Shown here in pieces: positions 62,040 through 64,000 of a stretch of DNA of 64,000 nucleotides. The DNA is taken from NCBI GenBank assembly GCA_965235115.1, contig OZ249438.1:23436001-23500000 (forward strand), written 5' to 3'. Numbering within the stretch: the stretch's first letter is position 1; each line of letters starts with the position of its first letter. The stretch is from Laetmonice hystrix. Taxonomy: Eukaryota. The notes under the pieces are model-generated. The model searched no databases. It was not told where the DNA came from and saw nothing but the letters and a program-made list of their open reading frames with translations. A program made the translations under genes and the position numbers.

Positions 62040-63231
62040 GTGAAGATTAATTTTTATCTTTTTAGGATTTCACTAATTTAATTACAAGTACACGTATTGA
62101 AGTAACAACGTTACTGATCAACTGATTGTCTATCCTTACCTATTTTAGGCTCTCTAACCTGTCTTATAGTATACATAAGGTTTTTGACCATTTCAGTCTT
62201 CAGATTAATGTAGCATATTTACTTAACCTTTTTTTGTGTGTTTTCAGATGCTGAGAACATCTGTTGAAAATAGTAAGTATAATCTGGAAGTCTTTGTGAG
62301 CTGATATTCCAGAATTTGGAGGGACATCGTGTAATCCCCGCTGCACACTATACGATTTTCTTATGATCCGATCGCATTCGGGACTTATGACTTGCTTATG
62401 ATTTGCTTATGACTCGCATACAACTCGTCTACGACGATCAGAAGGGTCGCTAGGCCCCAGACAACCGATTCGAATTTTGAATCGGATCACAGTCAGATCT
62501 TAAACTGAGCGGAGGCTTATGACTCGAGTCGTATAGTGTGCGGGGCGTGTGATTTGCCACCGACTGGGAATCGTAGAGTGTGTGGTGGGCATAAGATTAT
62601 GTGACTTATCTGCCAGTTCTAATTTCAAGTGCAATGCTGGTTGTTCCAACAGGTTACCTGTCATGGGTACGGAACTGCTACATCATGACGGTAGCTGCTG
62701 TAACTGTCTACACCCAGCTCACAGTGCCGTTGGCGCAGGAGGCAGCCATTGGTACGTTCTCTACACAACCTCACATCTATTTAAATACATTGGTCTGTCA
62801 CTCTCATTAAAATGTTAGGTCTTCATTTAAAGGAGGAACAGGTTTTCTTGTGGGAAAGATACATGACCCTTTTTAAAGTTTATGTGGATGCCTTATTTAC
62901 TAAACGTCTGGCCATCCTCTTTTCAGTTTTCTTACTCTCTGGTGGCATCAGTCTCATCAGTGGCACCACAGCGTACACACACAACATCCTCACTCGCCGC
63001 CGCCGCATGGCAATGTCAGCTCCCACAGCACTGGTGTCGGGTGCTATGGCTGTATTTCATGTCATCCTGTGGATTTCGGGTGTTTTAGTCTACCTGGGTT
63101 ATGTCGAGGAGGATGACTCGCCATTAGATGAAGAAGTGTTCATTAACAATGAAGAAACAGAAGACTGCCAAAGACACAGCAGGAGAGAAAAGAGAGGAAG
63201 TCGAAGGACGATTAGTGATAAACATGATTGA
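61413..63231 (+). CDS. TMEM160: Transmembrane protein 160 orthologue (DUF202-like, mitochondrial); join(61413..62039,62248..62272,62653..62751,62927..63231), 351 aa
   Basis: Spliced product ...EELDYAW|MLRTSVEN|SYLSWVRN...QEAAI|VFLLSGG...AY...RRMAM...ILWISGVLVYLGYVEEDD matches remembered human TMEM160 (DAWLLRKAHETAFLSWFRN...REAAYGFFLLGG...Y...LW....LYMGQLELD). All introns GT-AG with consistent phases; total 1056 nt. The start at 61413 is preferred over 61701 but not proven. Confidence 0.88.
62248..62272 (+). CDS. TMEM160: TMEM160 coding exon 2 (25-nt micro-exon, MLRTSVEN)
   Basis: Acceptor tttttttgtgtgttttcag|, donor A|GTAAGT; supplies the conserved W.LR...E motif. Confidence 0.85.
62336..62545. 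mobile_element. 210-bp MITE in TMEM160 intron 2 with 8-bp TSD
   Basis: TIR CCCC(GCT)GCACACTATACGA / TCGTATAGTGTGCGGGG; flanks CGTGTAAT (62328-62335) and CGTGTGAT (62546-62553). Confidence 0.75.
62653..62751 (+). CDS. TMEM160: TMEM160 coding exon 3 (99 bp, YLSWVRN...QEAAI)
   Basis: Acceptor gttccaacag|, donor G|GTACGT, phase 1 at both ends. Confidence 0.88.
62927..63231 (+). CDS. TMEM160: TMEM160 terminal coding exon (transmembrane segments, acidic then basic tail)
   Basis: Acceptor catcctcttttcag|, open to TGA at 63229-63231. Confidence 0.88.
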
Positions 63232-63313
63232 GACAACATGGGCGTAATCATGCTTAATTTATATAATGGTATTTATACCAAAGTTAATACAAAAGGTTAT
63301 GCTTGTCACATAA

Positions 63314-63319
63314 AATAAA
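63314..63319 (+). terminator. Candidate polyadenylation signal AATAAA for TMEM160 (others at 63415 and ~63907)
   Basis: First AATAAA 83 bp after the stop codon; usage unknown. Confidence 0.4.
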
Positions 63320-64000
63320 AGTGTCAATATGTAGGTAAGGGCTGCACTTGCTGCAGTGAAATGTGTTCTGACATGCCTGGAATCGATTTCTAACAAACGT
63401 GGAGAATGTTTCCAAATAAATTCTTCAGTTCATCCACAGACTGTAGATCTGTGCTGACGTCCTTGACTAACAGATGTAACTTCACCAAGGTGACGGCACA
63501 CTGATACATGTAATGAGCGTTACAAAAACTCTTTTAATTTAGTGGCAGATGTAGAGGTGTTTGTGGAGATTGTATGCTAGTTATATCCCAAAGTCTCTCA
63601 AGAGACATATCATTGACTATTGCTGCACTCTTACCTCATAAATTGTAAGCTGATTTGCCTCTCAAGCACAGGATAAATGTTGTTCCAAAGTCAGATTGTT
63701 TTTTTAGCATGACTTTTTGACCTGGGATGTGAATGACCTGACAATTACTAGTCGTAGTTGGAAAGTTCACGATGTTAAAAGCACAATGGTTTGAAATGCT
63801 ACTACTAATATAATTATTTATATTACCCGTAGATCCTATTTTTAAATCCATTGTAATCGTTTCAAACTAATTATTAAGGAGGTATGAAATATTCATCGTG
63901 TTTAGAAATAAAGTTGTCCAAATGCAATATTGATTTTGTTCAGATCACAGTCACTTGCCCATCCTTCTTTTCTTTGTCTATATGAAAGAACCCACTTGGA

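Overview
Animal (bilaterian-type invertebrate) nuclear DNA from a draft assembly with two N gaps. It is not prokaryotic, and I found no CRISPR/cas, rRNA or convincing tRNA. Two spliced genes are supportable, both on the + strand. (1) The last two coding exons (8778-8888, 9165-9468) of an unidentified His-rich protein ending ...VKSEAIPSHYLCGAMDHQVTSV*; no earlier exon could be identified in 1-8777. (2) A complete 4-exon TMEM160 orthologue (61413-63231, 351 aa) with a long mitochondrial-type N-terminus. Between them lie about 52 kb with no recognisable gene. That interval holds 14 mutually unrelated minisatellite arrays (31-74 bp units, about 7.6 kb in total), several MITE-like elements, decayed LINE and possible Harbinger remnants, GC/CpG-rich islands and CTCF-like motifs. 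I cannot demonstrate a new biological system. The best leads are an apparent tandem exon duplication in gene 1, strong excess of TA-flanked palindromic octamers (TAGGCCTA, TACATGTA), the minisatellite landscape (including a two-spacer 'binary' array), a hairpin plus CTCF-like cluster at the TMEM160 start, and a 63-aa antisense small ORF. Protein family assignments are from remembered sequences, not searches; counts were made by eye.
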